From Salmonella phage EH1: DNA of 32,000 nucleotides. Positions 9,268 to 18,332 of the stretch are shown here, piece by piece. The position numbers and the translations under genes are program-made. The stretch lies in the sequence record OR413342.1. One strand, 5' to 3'. The notes beneath the pieces were generated by a model, which saw only the letters and a program-made list of their open reading frames with translations, ran no database searches and was not told the DNA's origin. Every line of letters starts with the position of its first letter. The first letter of the stretch is position 1.

Positions 9268-12117
9268 TTAAATAGATGCCCAATCCACAGATTGCTCGCC
9301 ATTATCACCTTCTGCTCTTATACGGAAGCGTAACTTCCTGTTAATACCTAGAGCATCCTCGTTATGAAGAGCGTAGTCTGCCTTATTGTATATCAGTAGA
9401 TAATCGTAGACATACTGATCTTCAATTCGTACACTTCTTAATAAACGATCTAGGTTATCGTAGATTTCGAGAGTGTAGAAGATCCCATCAATGATATCTT
9501 CTTCTGGAATTCTATCCCAGGCCAGCTTAACGTCTGGTCCTACAAACTCCGATGCATCTCCTGAAGCTGTATTAGTAACTCTGAAATTACTAACAACGCT
9601 TAAGTTTTTAGCAGAGTTAAGTTCTACTGATAATGTTACAGGAGAACTTCGTCTACCATTAATATCTACAGCTCTAATCTCAAAGACTGCTAAACCAGCA
9701 GGTTCTCCAATAATTTCTTGGATCATTCGTAGATTTGGATTAGTTTCTAATTGCTGTACGATGTAAGGATCAGCATGTCCAGAGTGAACGATAGAGTAGT
9801 AAACAACGTTATTAGTTAAGCTAGGAAGCCAAGATAGCTCACCATTCTTACCAATAGATCCTACTTGTCCACCCGGTGTTGGTGTATACATAAAGTCTCT
9901 AGGAGGCAGTACGTTATTACTAACATCAGGGATATCGTTACCGCTATTATCAACCTGCTCGGAGTTAATGAATACATCCTCACCATACTCTTGCAGCGTA
10001 ATATTAATCTTACCTTCTCTAGAGTTTTCAACTTCATCAACTAGGAAGTATTTCTTATCCCAACCGTAACGACCATATGTAAAAGCAATCGGATCATTAG
10101 GCTCAATGCCTATGAAATGATAGGGTAATGAGAATGTGAGAGTTCGTGAGTAGCGAGACTTTTTCAGTTCTCTATCTGCAAAGCTACGCGCAGTATAGTA
10201 GTTAGTGATATTTGCAAAAGAAAGTTGAAGTTTTTTATCTAACCCTTTATCTTGTTCCTTAAATATAGAGTTAAAGAATGTAATGGAGTTAGTTTTCCAG
10301 CTTAATGCAGGATCTAGTATAGAGGCTTGTACTGAGTTGAATTTATTTCTACCAGTAGTATCTGACAATTCCAGATCACCATAGGTATCTAAGAAGTCAA
10401 TCTCTAATGGGGTGTTTGAGAACTTCTCAACAGTTATTCTATATTGACCAGATAAGTTGTTGATAGCACCACCATAAGACTCTATTAATCCCTGCACGTT
10501 TTTAAATACTGACTCAGAGGTATCGAGAATAGTGTTCATTTGAACTATTTGTCTATTCTCTCCTACAGCATCAGTCCATCCAACGTATCTCCAATAGGGT
10601 TGCCAAGAAACCTGATAGGATTCATCAATTATATCCAGAATAGCTGCTTCTTGAATAAGTTGCTGGAGAGGGAACTGATCAATAGTGATATTAGCACCAT
10701 AGCGATCAGAGGTTAGGTAGTCCAGAGTTTGCCAGATACCATTTAAGCTAGTCTTATCAGCAGTTACTCTACCATCTGAATGATAGATCTTAATCTTCTT
10801 ACCTTGAACTTCAGCGCTAACTTCTGGAATTTCTGTTCTGTTTTCATTAATAGTAAAGCGAACAATAGCATAAGCAGTATCTAACAGTTTATAACGAGAG
10901 TCCCAGTATTCCGGTCCATTCTCATTCATGTTCTGTAGATAGAAACCTTTCTCTTTTGCAATGTTAACTAGAACATCAGCAGCAGATTGATCTGCTTTAC
11001 CATGATAAGTCCAGATACGGATATCGCCATTACCATCATTATACTTATATTCCTGTCCATGAACAGAAGGTTCAGAGCTTGGTTGACCAGAAGCAATACG
11101 TTGCATGGTATCACCAGCTACTTTCTTAGTACCAAAGCAAGTACGAGACTTACTATCATTAGGATCAATACAGATCATTGGTACATCACCAAAGTAGAAA
11201 TCTAGGAATCCATCAATCTCACCCTCACAGAAAGCGTATACTACATATACGATATTAGGGTTATGCAGTTCAGTATCTGCGAATACTGGGATTCCAGGAA
11301 TTTTCTGAACTCCATACACTACTGGTAGGAATTTAGCTGCTAAGTTAAAATCAAGATCGACTTCCTTAGTCACAGTCTCATAGTATTTCTTTAGGCTATA
11401 GCTTCTAGAAAGACCAAATAACTTTTTCTTAGACTGTAACTTGTAACGCTCTTCCTGAACCTGATATTTAGCAAGAATAGAAATACTCTTGTTAGCGTGG
11501 AAGAATCCATAGTCCTCTTGATATTCAGGTCGCTTAGCACCATTAGATGGAACTAATTGGCCAGCAACAATCTCAAGTCCCCTATGGTCAGCATCATCTG
11601 TGAAACGTCCGTTTACTCTATCAAAGTCATAGAATTGGTTTGAACAGTTCCATGTAATAATAGATGTACTAACTCCAGAAGTACCAATGTTATCCTTAAT
11701 ACCACCCCCAGTTATTTTACCGCGGAAATAAAGTAGAGGACCATTAGTGTCTGGATCTACAGGAAGAATATTACCTTCTCCATCAATAACCGCTTGATGG
11801 ATTGAGATGGATCTATCTAGGAATGATACACCATTTTGGACTAGTTTTAATACTTCATCCTCAGCAGTACCTGTGATAGTAAAAGAAAGACTACCAATGG
11901 AAAGATCTCTATTTTGTTTATGTGTTGTTATAGACTTAACCTTACCGGATGTATAAAGAATACCATTATATCTTACATCTCTAAAATAATCTGTAAGATA
12001 TATGTAGGCAGAACTTGATCCAGTAGAGCTTGGCAATTCAAGAGTAATAAGGCATGCAGTTTTTATTTTATTATTAGTTCTTAAATACTCTCTTGCACTG
12101 TCAAGAATTTTCTTCAT
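9268..12117 (-). CDS. Baseplate hub protein (T5 pb3-like)
   Basis: 949 aa; phage-tail hub architecture (VTVEKFSNTPLEIDF... DPIAFTYGRYGWDKKYFLVDEVENSREGKINITLQEYGEDVF) with C-terminal FNIII-like repeats; follows Dit. Confidence 0.85.
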   Translation of the reverse strand: MKKILDSAREYLRTNNKIKTACLITLELPSSTGSSSAYIYLTDYFRDVRYNGILYTSGKVKSITTHKQNRDLSIGSLSFTITGTAEDEVLKLVQNGVSFLDRSISIHQAVIDGEGNILPVDPDTNGPLLYFRGKITGGGIKDNIGTSGVSTSIITWNCSNQFYDFDRVNGRFTDDADHRGLEIVAGQLVPSNGAKRPEYQEDYGFFHANKSISILAKYQVQEERYKLQSKKKLFGLSRSYSLKKYYETVTKEVDLDFNLAAKFLPVVYGVQKIPGIPVFADTELHNPNIVYVVYAFCEGEIDGFLDFYFGDVPMICIDPNDSKSRTCFGTKKVAGDTMQRIASGQPSSEPSVHGQEYKYNDGNGDIRIWTYHGKADQSAADVLVNIAKEKGFYLQNMNENGPEYWDSRYKLLDTAYAIVRFTINENRTEIPEVSAEVQGKKIKIYHSDGRVTADKTSLNGIWQTLDYLTSDRYGANITIDQFPLQQLIQEAAILDIIDESYQVSWQPYWRYVGWTDAVGENRQIVQMNTILDTSESVFKNVQGLIESYGGAINNLSGQYRITVEKFSNTPLEIDFLDTYGDLELSDTTGRNKFNSVQASILDPALSWKTNSITFFNSIFKEQDKGLDKKLQLSFANITNYYTARSFADRELKKSRYSRTLTFSLPYHFIGIEPNDPIAFTYGRYGWDKKYFLVDEVENSREGKINITLQEYGEDVFINSEQVDNSGNDIPDVSNNVLPPRDFMYTPTPGGQVGSIGKNGELSWLPSLTNNVVYYSIVHSGHADPYIVQQLETNPNLRMIQEIIGEPAGLAVFEIRAVDINGRRSSPVTLSVELNSAKNLSVVSNFRVTNTASGDASEFVGPDVKLAWDRIPEEDIIDGIFYTLEIYDNLDRLLRSVRIEDQYVYDYLLIYNKADYALHNEDALGINRKLRFRIRAEGDNGEQSVDWASI

Positions 12118-12728
12118 AGACTTTCCCTCAAGGAAAGTGAAATACCAGTATATGTACCATTGCTATTTAACGTAGAGCCGAAGCTGTCTCCATTCATTAA
12201 TTTAGTTCTAAATAGAATACCATTAAATACCGGTTTCTCACTACCCGTAGTAGTAATGAATAGATCAGGATAAACACTTATATTCCAAGTATTTCCTGCT
12301 GTGTTGATAGAAGTGATTTTATACACTTTTGGATGATTGGACAACTTAAATAAATCTCCTGGTTTAGGCAGTCCACGAAGTGTACCTTTAGTGTCCATAA
12401 TAACTGTTGAACCTTTTTGTCCAGCAGGAATATTTACAGCACTAGTATCACCACGAACTCGGAAAGCCTCATATTGTGGTAATAACACATCAATATAGCT
12501 ACCTGTTCTTTTATAATCTAGGATGAATGAGTCTAATTTAGCAAATTCATCTGGGAATAATTCTGGATAAGAGATATTAATACCCCAATATTGAGCAGAC
12601 ACCTTAACCTCCCTAACTTTACCATTAGGTAATTCATCACGAATCATAGGGTCATTGTCTACTAAGTTAACGCTTTCAAAACCTAACCCTGATAGCTCTG
12701 GGTTCGTGTATGGGTCTGGTAGTCTCAT
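12114..12728 (-). CDS. dit: Distal tail protein (Dit, T5 pb9-like)
   Basis: 204 aa matching T5 pb9 size; located between tape measure and hub; RBS GAGGAG upstream of ATG; 4-nt overlap with the hub gene. Confidence 0.8.
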   Translation of the reverse strand: MRLPDPYTNPELSGLGFESVNLVDNDPMIRDELPNGKVREVKVSAQYWGINISYPELFPDEFAKLDSFILDYKRTGSYIDVLLPQYEAFRVRGDTSAVNIPAGQKGSTVIMDTKGTLRGLPKPGDLFKLSNHPKVYKITSINTAGNTWNISVYPDLFITTTGSEKPVFNGILFRTKLMNGDSFGSTLNSNGTYTGISLSLRESL

Positions 12729-12754
12729 AGTTAATTTCTCCTCTTAATAACAAT

Positions 12755-12783
12755 ATTATAATAGGATTGGAAAATTTTATCAA
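12755..12783 (-). promoter_or_regulatory. Sigma70-like promoter driving dit-hub-fibre unit
   Basis: Minus strand: TTGATA (12783-12778), 17-nt spacer, TATAAT (12760-12755); dit ATG about 27 nt downstream of -10. Confidence 0.85.
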
Positions 12784-12802
12784 GAAATTTTTATTTTTCC
12801 AT

Positions 12803-12830
12803 AAAGAAAAGGAGGACATAAAGTCCTCCT
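12803..12830 (-). terminator. Intrinsic terminator downstream of the tape measure gene
   Basis: Minus strand: AGGAGGAC-tttat-GTCCTCCT followed by TTTCTTT. Confidence 0.92.
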
Positions 12831-12836
12831 CCAGTA

Positions 12837-15800
12837 TTAAGAATTACCAAGTGATTTCAGGGTGGTTCCATTCTCATTAAGAGCCTGTTCCACGGCATCC
12901 CTGAAAGCAGCACTGTTGCTCGAAGCAAAGTCTCGGAAGCTAGCCGCATCCATCGTACTGATGTTCAGCACAATAGGTCTACCCGATGTACCCTTTGAAG
13001 ATCCTTTGAGTTCATCAGTAGGAGTAGCCTTCATCGGAACCATAGGAGTGATTACTTCGGTACCATGCTCACCCATCTGGTAACTAACTCCAGGGTACAT
13101 AGTACCACCTTCTGCACGAGGTACGAAAGAGTTAGCATTACCGATCCCTTGATCACCTCGAATATAAGAAAGTTCACCTGCGTTAGCCGACATAGAAACG
13201 TCTACGTTCTTCTGGCGCTCTCCAAGAGTTAAGTAACCAGCCGTCTCAGCACCAGAGTCCCCAATAGAAGACATACCAGATGCAGAGGATGCTTGAGCAA
13301 GAGCCATAGCACCTGCTAAACCAGCTGCAACCATCAGAGGAATAGAGAATGGATATGGAACAGCTGTTGCTGCTTGCATCACCGCTACTGCCGTCTGGAT
13401 AATGATTTGCTTCTTAGCTGCATCTTGCTGGATCTTGAGCTTTTCAGCCTCTAACTTCTTGATCTTAGCTTTGGATTGCTCAGATTTACCATCACGTTTC
13501 TGTTCTGCTGCAATAGCTGCATCAATAGCACTTACCTGTTGACCAACACTATACTGAATCATTGAAGATACAGTTTGCATACCAGCCGCTACTAGAGAGG
13601 TAGTATCCAGAGACCCTTGAGAGAACTGGATCATAGAGTTAGTTAAATTACCCATGCTTTGAGCTACAGCAGTTGCTTCGGAATTTAACTCAGATAGTTT
13701 AGAAATAGCCTGGTCGTAGGATGCCATTCTATTCTGCATATCTGCGAAGTTTTTATCTTCTCCAGTTAATCCAGTAGTAGGAGTATACGTAGCCCCTACA
13801 GCTGCACCTACAGAAGACTGCATTTCTGCATCACGCTGTACTCTTAGAGCCGCAAGCTGGGCTCTAGTTTCTGCTAGCTTTTTGTTATATTCTAGCTGAG
13901 CAGCAGCATTCCCTAAAGTTTTTTGCTTAAGGTCTTCGAATAGCTGGATTTGCTCCTTGATACGTTCCGCAGCTCCCATTAAAGGATTTGCAGTAAATTT
14001 TCTTTGTTGCTCCTCCTCCCTGCCAGCAGCCATTTCCCTTTGCTGATCCTGACGGAATTTCCATATTTCACGTTCAATTTGTGCCTGAGCACGTCTTGAT
14101 TGTTCAGCTTCCTTATGCTTATCAACCTGTTTGGAGTACCATTCATACTTTTCTTTCTCGACAGTCAGTTCAAGGTTCAACTGAGCTAAACGATATTGAG
14201 TATCTGTCATAGTACGGTTATTCAGGAGAGCAATTTCACGATCAACACCAAGAATCTTATCGGTATAATCCTTAACCTTCTTCTGAGCTTCCATACCCTG
14301 GTTAGTGATCTTGATACGTTCTAACTGAATCTTAGCTATCTCACCTTCGATTGCTTTGTTACCCTTGTTAGTTTCTAGGACACGCTTAAGAGCTGCTTCC
14401 TGTTCTTCTAACTGTTGGATTTCCAGACGTCTACCAGCTTCCTGAGCTTTCTCTTTGTCCTTAGTCTGGTTGTACACTTCGGCAATCTTCTGCTGAACTT
14501 CTAACTGATTCTTAGTCTCATTACCCGTTAATTTTACGTAACCAGCAAGAGCTTGTGAAGCAGTCTTCATCTCACTAAGAGTATTATACCCTAAGTTCAG
14601 GCTCTTAACATACTCATCAGCATTTTTACCAGTACCAGCAGATAGAGACTCAATAGTCTTAATCGTATCTGATAGGGATGCACTAGTTTTAGCCGCAGTA
14701 TTAGTATTCTGAGCAATGTTCTGGATATCGTTAGCTAAATCACTAGCAGTTTTCTTAGCCTGATCATATGCTTTCTGCTGTTCTGTCAGTCCTTTCAGAG
14801 TTGCGGAGTTAAAGTCATAAACCGCATCAGGGTCATTCATATCCTTCTGCAGATTAATCTGCTTCTGAAATTCTGGATTAGCCTTAGCAGCCGCAGCACC
14901 AGCAGCTTGATATGCAGATTTCCATGCACCTAAGTTATCGGTTGAATCAGTAACTTCCTTATCCAAACGTTCTACTTGGAGTGCCATAGCCGCAGTTTCA
15001 GCTACGAACTTCTTGTTTTCCTCCGAAGCACCAAGAGCCGCAGCACTTACTGGAACACCTTGAGCCACAGAACGAATTGCACCTGCGGTAAAGAAGTCAG
15101 CCTGTTCCATACGCTTGTCTAGATCAGCTTTTAACTTATTACGCTTTTCTAGAGATTCTTTATACATATCCAGAGCTTTATTATATCCTTCCTCAGAAGC
15201 GGAAAGACTTAAAGCTACAGCACCAACGTTAGTTGGGTCAATCTGACGGTTAGTTTCTTCCTGTGCTCTAGCAGCAGAAGCTGAGATAGATGCTTGAGAA
15301 GTATAGAATACTGCGTTAATAGAATCAATTACCGGCCCTAAATACTTAGCAGCAGCCTGTTGAACCTTTCTCAATGCAGCATCAGCATTAGCAGCAAACT
15401 GTTCCCATGGAGTTGCACGAAGTACGTCATCCAGGTAGCCGAAACGTTTAGTAGATTCAGCGATTACTGCGTTAGCATATGCTTGTTGCTTTTGGAAAGT
15501 GGAAAGACTATTGACGTTATATGTGATACCTGTGTTAGCAGCATTTAACTGTTTAACGTAGTCAGCGTAAGCATCATTAAGACGAATAGTAACACCAAGT
15601 TCGTCCAGAAGTTCGATTTCTTGTTTAGATACACCTTTGATTACACGGTTAAGTGCATCAGTCATATCAACACCAAGAACAGCAGCAGCACGACGGGCTA
15701 CTAGACCAAATTTATTAAGTTGTTCAGCATCGAATCCATATGCAGAAGCAGAGGATGCCTGTCTCATTGCTTCTTCGAAGGAGATTGCATAACCAGCAGC

Positions 15801-16517
15801 CTCTTGTAGAGATCTAGCTAGAGTTTGTACCGGAGTACCTGTTTGAGTACCTACAATAGTACCGAACTTCTCCAGACGGTTTAACTGGTCACCCATCTTA
15901 AGTTGTTCGAATGCAGATTGTAGAACGAACACGTTAGATGCGATAGCAGCATACATAAGAGGTAGAGAACCACCAACTTTAGCCATTGCTGCGAAGTCAC
16001 GAGTAGCACCACGTGCAGAACCAGAGGTATTACCTAGAGCACGACTAGCACGACCTGCGGATGTGGTAGTATCATTGAAGCCTCTAGTAGTACCCGACAA
16101 AACACGGTTTGTATCGTATAATCTATCTTGAACTTTTTCAGTTGCAGCAGCTACATCGTTACCCATCGCCTTAACAGATTTACCAACATGTGTAAATCCA
16201 GACTCTAGCTTATCGGATACCTCAATCATAGCAATAGCAAGGTCATCTAACTTAGCACCAATACTATCCATAGATTTGGTGATACCCATCATACCTCTGC
16301 TAGCCTGCATTTTAGTTAGACTTTTAGCTGCTCTATCCGCTGCCCTCTCAATGGAGTAAAGAGTTTTGGGCATTTTTCCTAACTGCTCATTAGTCAGTTC
16401 GGAAGCGGCAGCAGCATTTTCTAACGCATCGGAAACGTTCTCAATAGATTTTGCAGTACGGGTTGCCCCTTTCTGCTTTACATCTATAAGTAGTTCTCGT
16501 ATTAGCTTATCAGTCAT
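12837..16517 (-). CDS. Tail tape measure protein (T5 pb2-like)
   Basis: 1226 aa; long coiled-coil/Ala-rich protein with hydrophobic segments (AVPYPFSIPLMVAAGLAGAMALAQA); size, position and DQLNRLEKFGTIVGTQTGTPVQTLARSLQEAAG-type TMP segment. Confidence 0.92.
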   Translation of the reverse strand: MTDKLIRELLIDVKQKGATRTAKSIENVSDALENAAAASELTNEQLGKMPKTLYSIERAADRAAKSLTKMQASRGMMGITKSMDSIGAKLDDLAIAMIEVSDKLESGFTHVGKSVKAMGNDVAAATEKVQDRLYDTNRVLSGTTRGFNDTTTSAGRASRALGNTSGSARGATRDFAAMAKVGGSLPLMYAAIASNVFVLQSAFEQLKMGDQLNRLEKFGTIVGTQTGTPVQTLARSLQEAAGYAISFEEAMRQASSASAYGFDAEQLNKFGLVARRAAAVLGVDMTDALNRVIKGVSKQEIELLDELGVTIRLNDAYADYVKQLNAANTGITYNVNSLSTFQKQQAYANAVIAESTKRFGYLDDVLRATPWEQFAANADAALRKVQQAAAKYLGPVIDSINAVFYTSQASISASAARAQEETNRQIDPTNVGAVALSLSASEEGYNKALDMYKESLEKRNKLKADLDKRMEQADFFTAGAIRSVAQGVPVSAAALGASEENKKFVAETAAMALQVERLDKEVTDSTDNLGAWKSAYQAAGAAAAKANPEFQKQINLQKDMNDPDAVYDFNSATLKGLTEQQKAYDQAKKTASDLANDIQNIAQNTNTAAKTSASLSDTIKTIESLSAGTGKNADEYVKSLNLGYNTLSEMKTASQALAGYVKLTGNETKNQLEVQQKIAEVYNQTKDKEKAQEAGRRLEIQQLEEQEAALKRVLETNKGNKAIEGEIAKIQLERIKITNQGMEAQKKVKDYTDKILGVDREIALLNNRTMTDTQYRLAQLNLELTVEKEKYEWYSKQVDKHKEAEQSRRAQAQIEREIWKFRQDQQREMAAGREEEQQRKFTANPLMGAAERIKEQIQLFEDLKQKTLGNAAAQLEYNKKLAETRAQLAALRVQRDAEMQSSVGAAVGATYTPTTGLTGEDKNFADMQNRMASYDQAISKLSELNSEATAVAQSMGNLTNSMIQFSQGSLDTTSLVAAGMQTVSSMIQYSVGQQVSAIDAAIAAEQKRDGKSEQSKAKIKKLEAEKLKIQQDAAKKQIIIQTAVAVMQAATAVPYPFSIPLMVAAGLAGAMALAQASSASGMSSIGDSGAETAGYLTLGERQKNVDVSMSANAGELSYIRGDQGIGNANSFVPRAEGGTMYPGVSYQMGEHGTEVITPMVPMKATPTDELKGSSKGTSGRPIVLNISTMDAASFRDFASSNSAAFRDAVEQALNENGTTLKSLGNS

Positions 16518-16531
16518 TTATTTTTCCCAAT

Positions 16532-16562
16532 AAAAAAGGCTCTGGGCAAATCACCCAGAGCC
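16532..16562 (-). terminator. Intrinsic terminator / attenuator between chaperone genes and tape measure gene
   Basis: Minus strand: GGCTCTGGG-tgatttg-CCCAGAGCC-TTTTTT, ending about 15 nt before the tape measure ATG. Confidence 0.93.
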
Positions 16563-16597
16563 AAGCCTCATCGTGGAACGCCCATTGGAGGAAACTT

Positions 16598-16966
16598 TTA
16601 CTGAGCTCGAGATCTAGCATGCGGTTTAATGTTCGGAGTGCGACCATTTTGTTTACCATGCTTCTCGGCTCTCTTACGAGCTGCATCTACAGCTTTCGAA
16701 TCAAATATATTGATTATGTGTAGAACAAACTCTTTCTCTATGGGATCAGTAATCCCATAGATATCAAATAAAACACCTAGTGCACTTTTATCTTTTCCTA
16801 TAAAAATAGGAAAGTCACCTGGTATGAAACAGTCAATAAGACTGTTATAAATATTCATACTAGTAGATACAATAGGTGGAAAATCTTCGAGTTCAACAGG
16901 CATTGCCTTAGGATCAGGTTCAATACCTAGCGACTCACAAAGCATTAAATATTGTTGTTTTGTCAT
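16598..16966 (-). CDS. Downstream tail-assembly chaperone ORF (lambda T-like), probably expressed by frameshift fusion
   Basis: 122 aa ORF between a G-like ORF and tape measure; the frame stays open upstream of the ATG to about 17053; no SD before the ATG. Confidence 0.75.
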   Translation of the reverse strand: MTKQQYLMLCESLGIEPDPKAMPVELEDFPPIVSTSMNIYNSLIDCFIPGDFPIFIGKDKSALGVLFDIYGITDPIEKEFVLHIINIFDSKAVDAARKRAEKHGKQNGRTPNIKPHARSRAQ

Positions 16967-17027
16967 TTTAGATGCTGATGATTTAATGCATTTATCAGCA
17001 AAATCGGCAACAGCATCTAGTAACTGC

Positions 17028-17432
17028 TTACGCTTTTGAGCTACGAAAAGTGTCTAAGTGGAACACTGTCTGGTTGATCCAAGAATCAAACGCAGCAGAG
17101 TTCTGCATAAGCATGATAGCGTTATCGCGACTAAATGGAACTTCAGTAGTAGGATCAGCTTCAGTTTCGATAAGCATCAGTTTCTCAACGTCTCCAATAG
17201 TCAAGCCAGTCCAGCCAGCAATTGCAGTATCAACGAAAGCTTCAATAAACTTATCATCGTCCTGAACTTGAATCATAGTACCGTTAACCCACTCGTCACG
17301 CTTAGCGGAAGAGATAACACGCTTAGATGCAGCACGAGACATGTAGTTCAGTTGCAGCTTGAAGTTAGGCATACCTGGGTAAGCCAGCTCAATAGTACGA
17401 GTTTCAAGGGTAATATCTTTTAAATTGATCAT
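17028..17432 (-). CDS. Tail-assembly chaperone (lambda G-like)
   Basis: 134 aa, immediately upstream of the second chaperone ORF and tape measure gene; RBS GGAG upstream of ATG. Confidence 0.78.
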   Translation of the reverse strand: MINLKDITLETRTIELAYPGMPNFKLQLNYMSRAASKRVISSAKRDEWVNGTMIQVQDDDKFIEAFVDTAIAGWTGLTIGDVEKLMLIETEADPTTEVPFSRDNAIMLMQNSAAFDSWINQTVFHLDTFRSSKA

Positions 17433-18328
17433 TTCTTTATTTCTCCAAAGAAGTCGATTCTTACCGGATCAGAGTCTGCAGTAGGGATTACATCCCATTC
17501 AACTCTGTATATATCCGAGAATTGTAGGCGTTTTGTTATACGTGCTGAAGGGAAGTCAATCGAAATATGTCCATTCCGGATGGTTAATGGTATGTCAGTT
17601 TCGGGTTCAATATTATAAAACATATCACCAGCAAATCGCTTAGTGTAGTAAAATGCAATTGTTGCCGAAGCATTCATTTCATTAACATAAGCTCTCTTAT
17701 TATTATATATTTTGTTTATGTCAAATACGCTTTTATCTTCCCTCCAAGAACATTGTTGCTGGAATGACATAGAAGCGGATAAAAGAGCTGGTAAAACATT
17801 ACTATTGGTGGATACTCTAGGAGGACTATATGATATAACTTCACCCTGAACAATAGAACCAGCAGGAGTAAAAGTAGACACCTCAGAGAACTTACCAGAT
17901 TCAATTCCTACGTTTAGGATAGGAACGCTTTTGTCTAGAGAAAAGTCTACAGTAGATACGTAGCAATTCTCAAAGTACACATAGTTATTATCTTTATTAA
18001 CTATGTATATATTAAACATTGTTGGCTCAATATTTGTACTATAAAGTGGTAGTAAGAATGTGTTACCCTCTCGGTCAAAGCCCATCCATTCAAAGAAGTT
18101 AGCTTCAGTAAGGGTATTACTAAAATTTATAGCCAGCGATATTGAAGATGGAGTTTGTGCATTAATAATAGAGTCAGCATAGTTGGTTCTACGATGGATA
18201 GTCCTACGAAGAGTTTTAAATTCCTCATAGGACGTATTGATATCGTAATTTGACAGGGCATCAAAATGATAGGCCCTGCCATCATACTCAACTATAACTT
18301 TTGACTCCCTCATTAGAGAGTAGTACAT
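17429..18328 (-). CDS. Baseplate/tail protein (T5 p140-like)
   Basis: 299 aa (about 34 kDa), located between tail tube gene and chaperone genes as for T5 p140; 4-nt overlap with the next gene. Confidence 0.72.
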   Translation of the reverse strand: MYYSLMRESKVIVEYDGRAYHFDALSNYDINTSYEEFKTLRRTIHRRTNYADSIINAQTPSSISLAINFSNTLTEANFFEWMGFDREGNTFLLPLYSTNIEPTMFNIYIVNKDNNYVYFENCYVSTVDFSLDKSVPILNVGIESGKFSEVSTFTPAGSIVQGEVISYSPPRVSTNSNVLPALLSASMSFQQQCSWREDKSVFDINKIYNNKRAYVNEMNASATIAFYYTKRFAGDMFYNIEPETDIPLTIRNGHISIDFPSARITKRLQFSDIYRVEWDVIPTADSDPVRIDFFGEIKK

Positions 18329-18332
18329 TTAA

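Noticed and set aside
9491-9766. Antisense ORF inside the hub gene (with others at 3879, 4897, 8060, 8458, 10987, 12862, 15360, 17050, 17058, 17716, 18358, 20466, 21305, 22779, 23390, 27019)
   Set aside because: All are short, within long well-supported genes on the opposite strand, without RBS or domain evidence.
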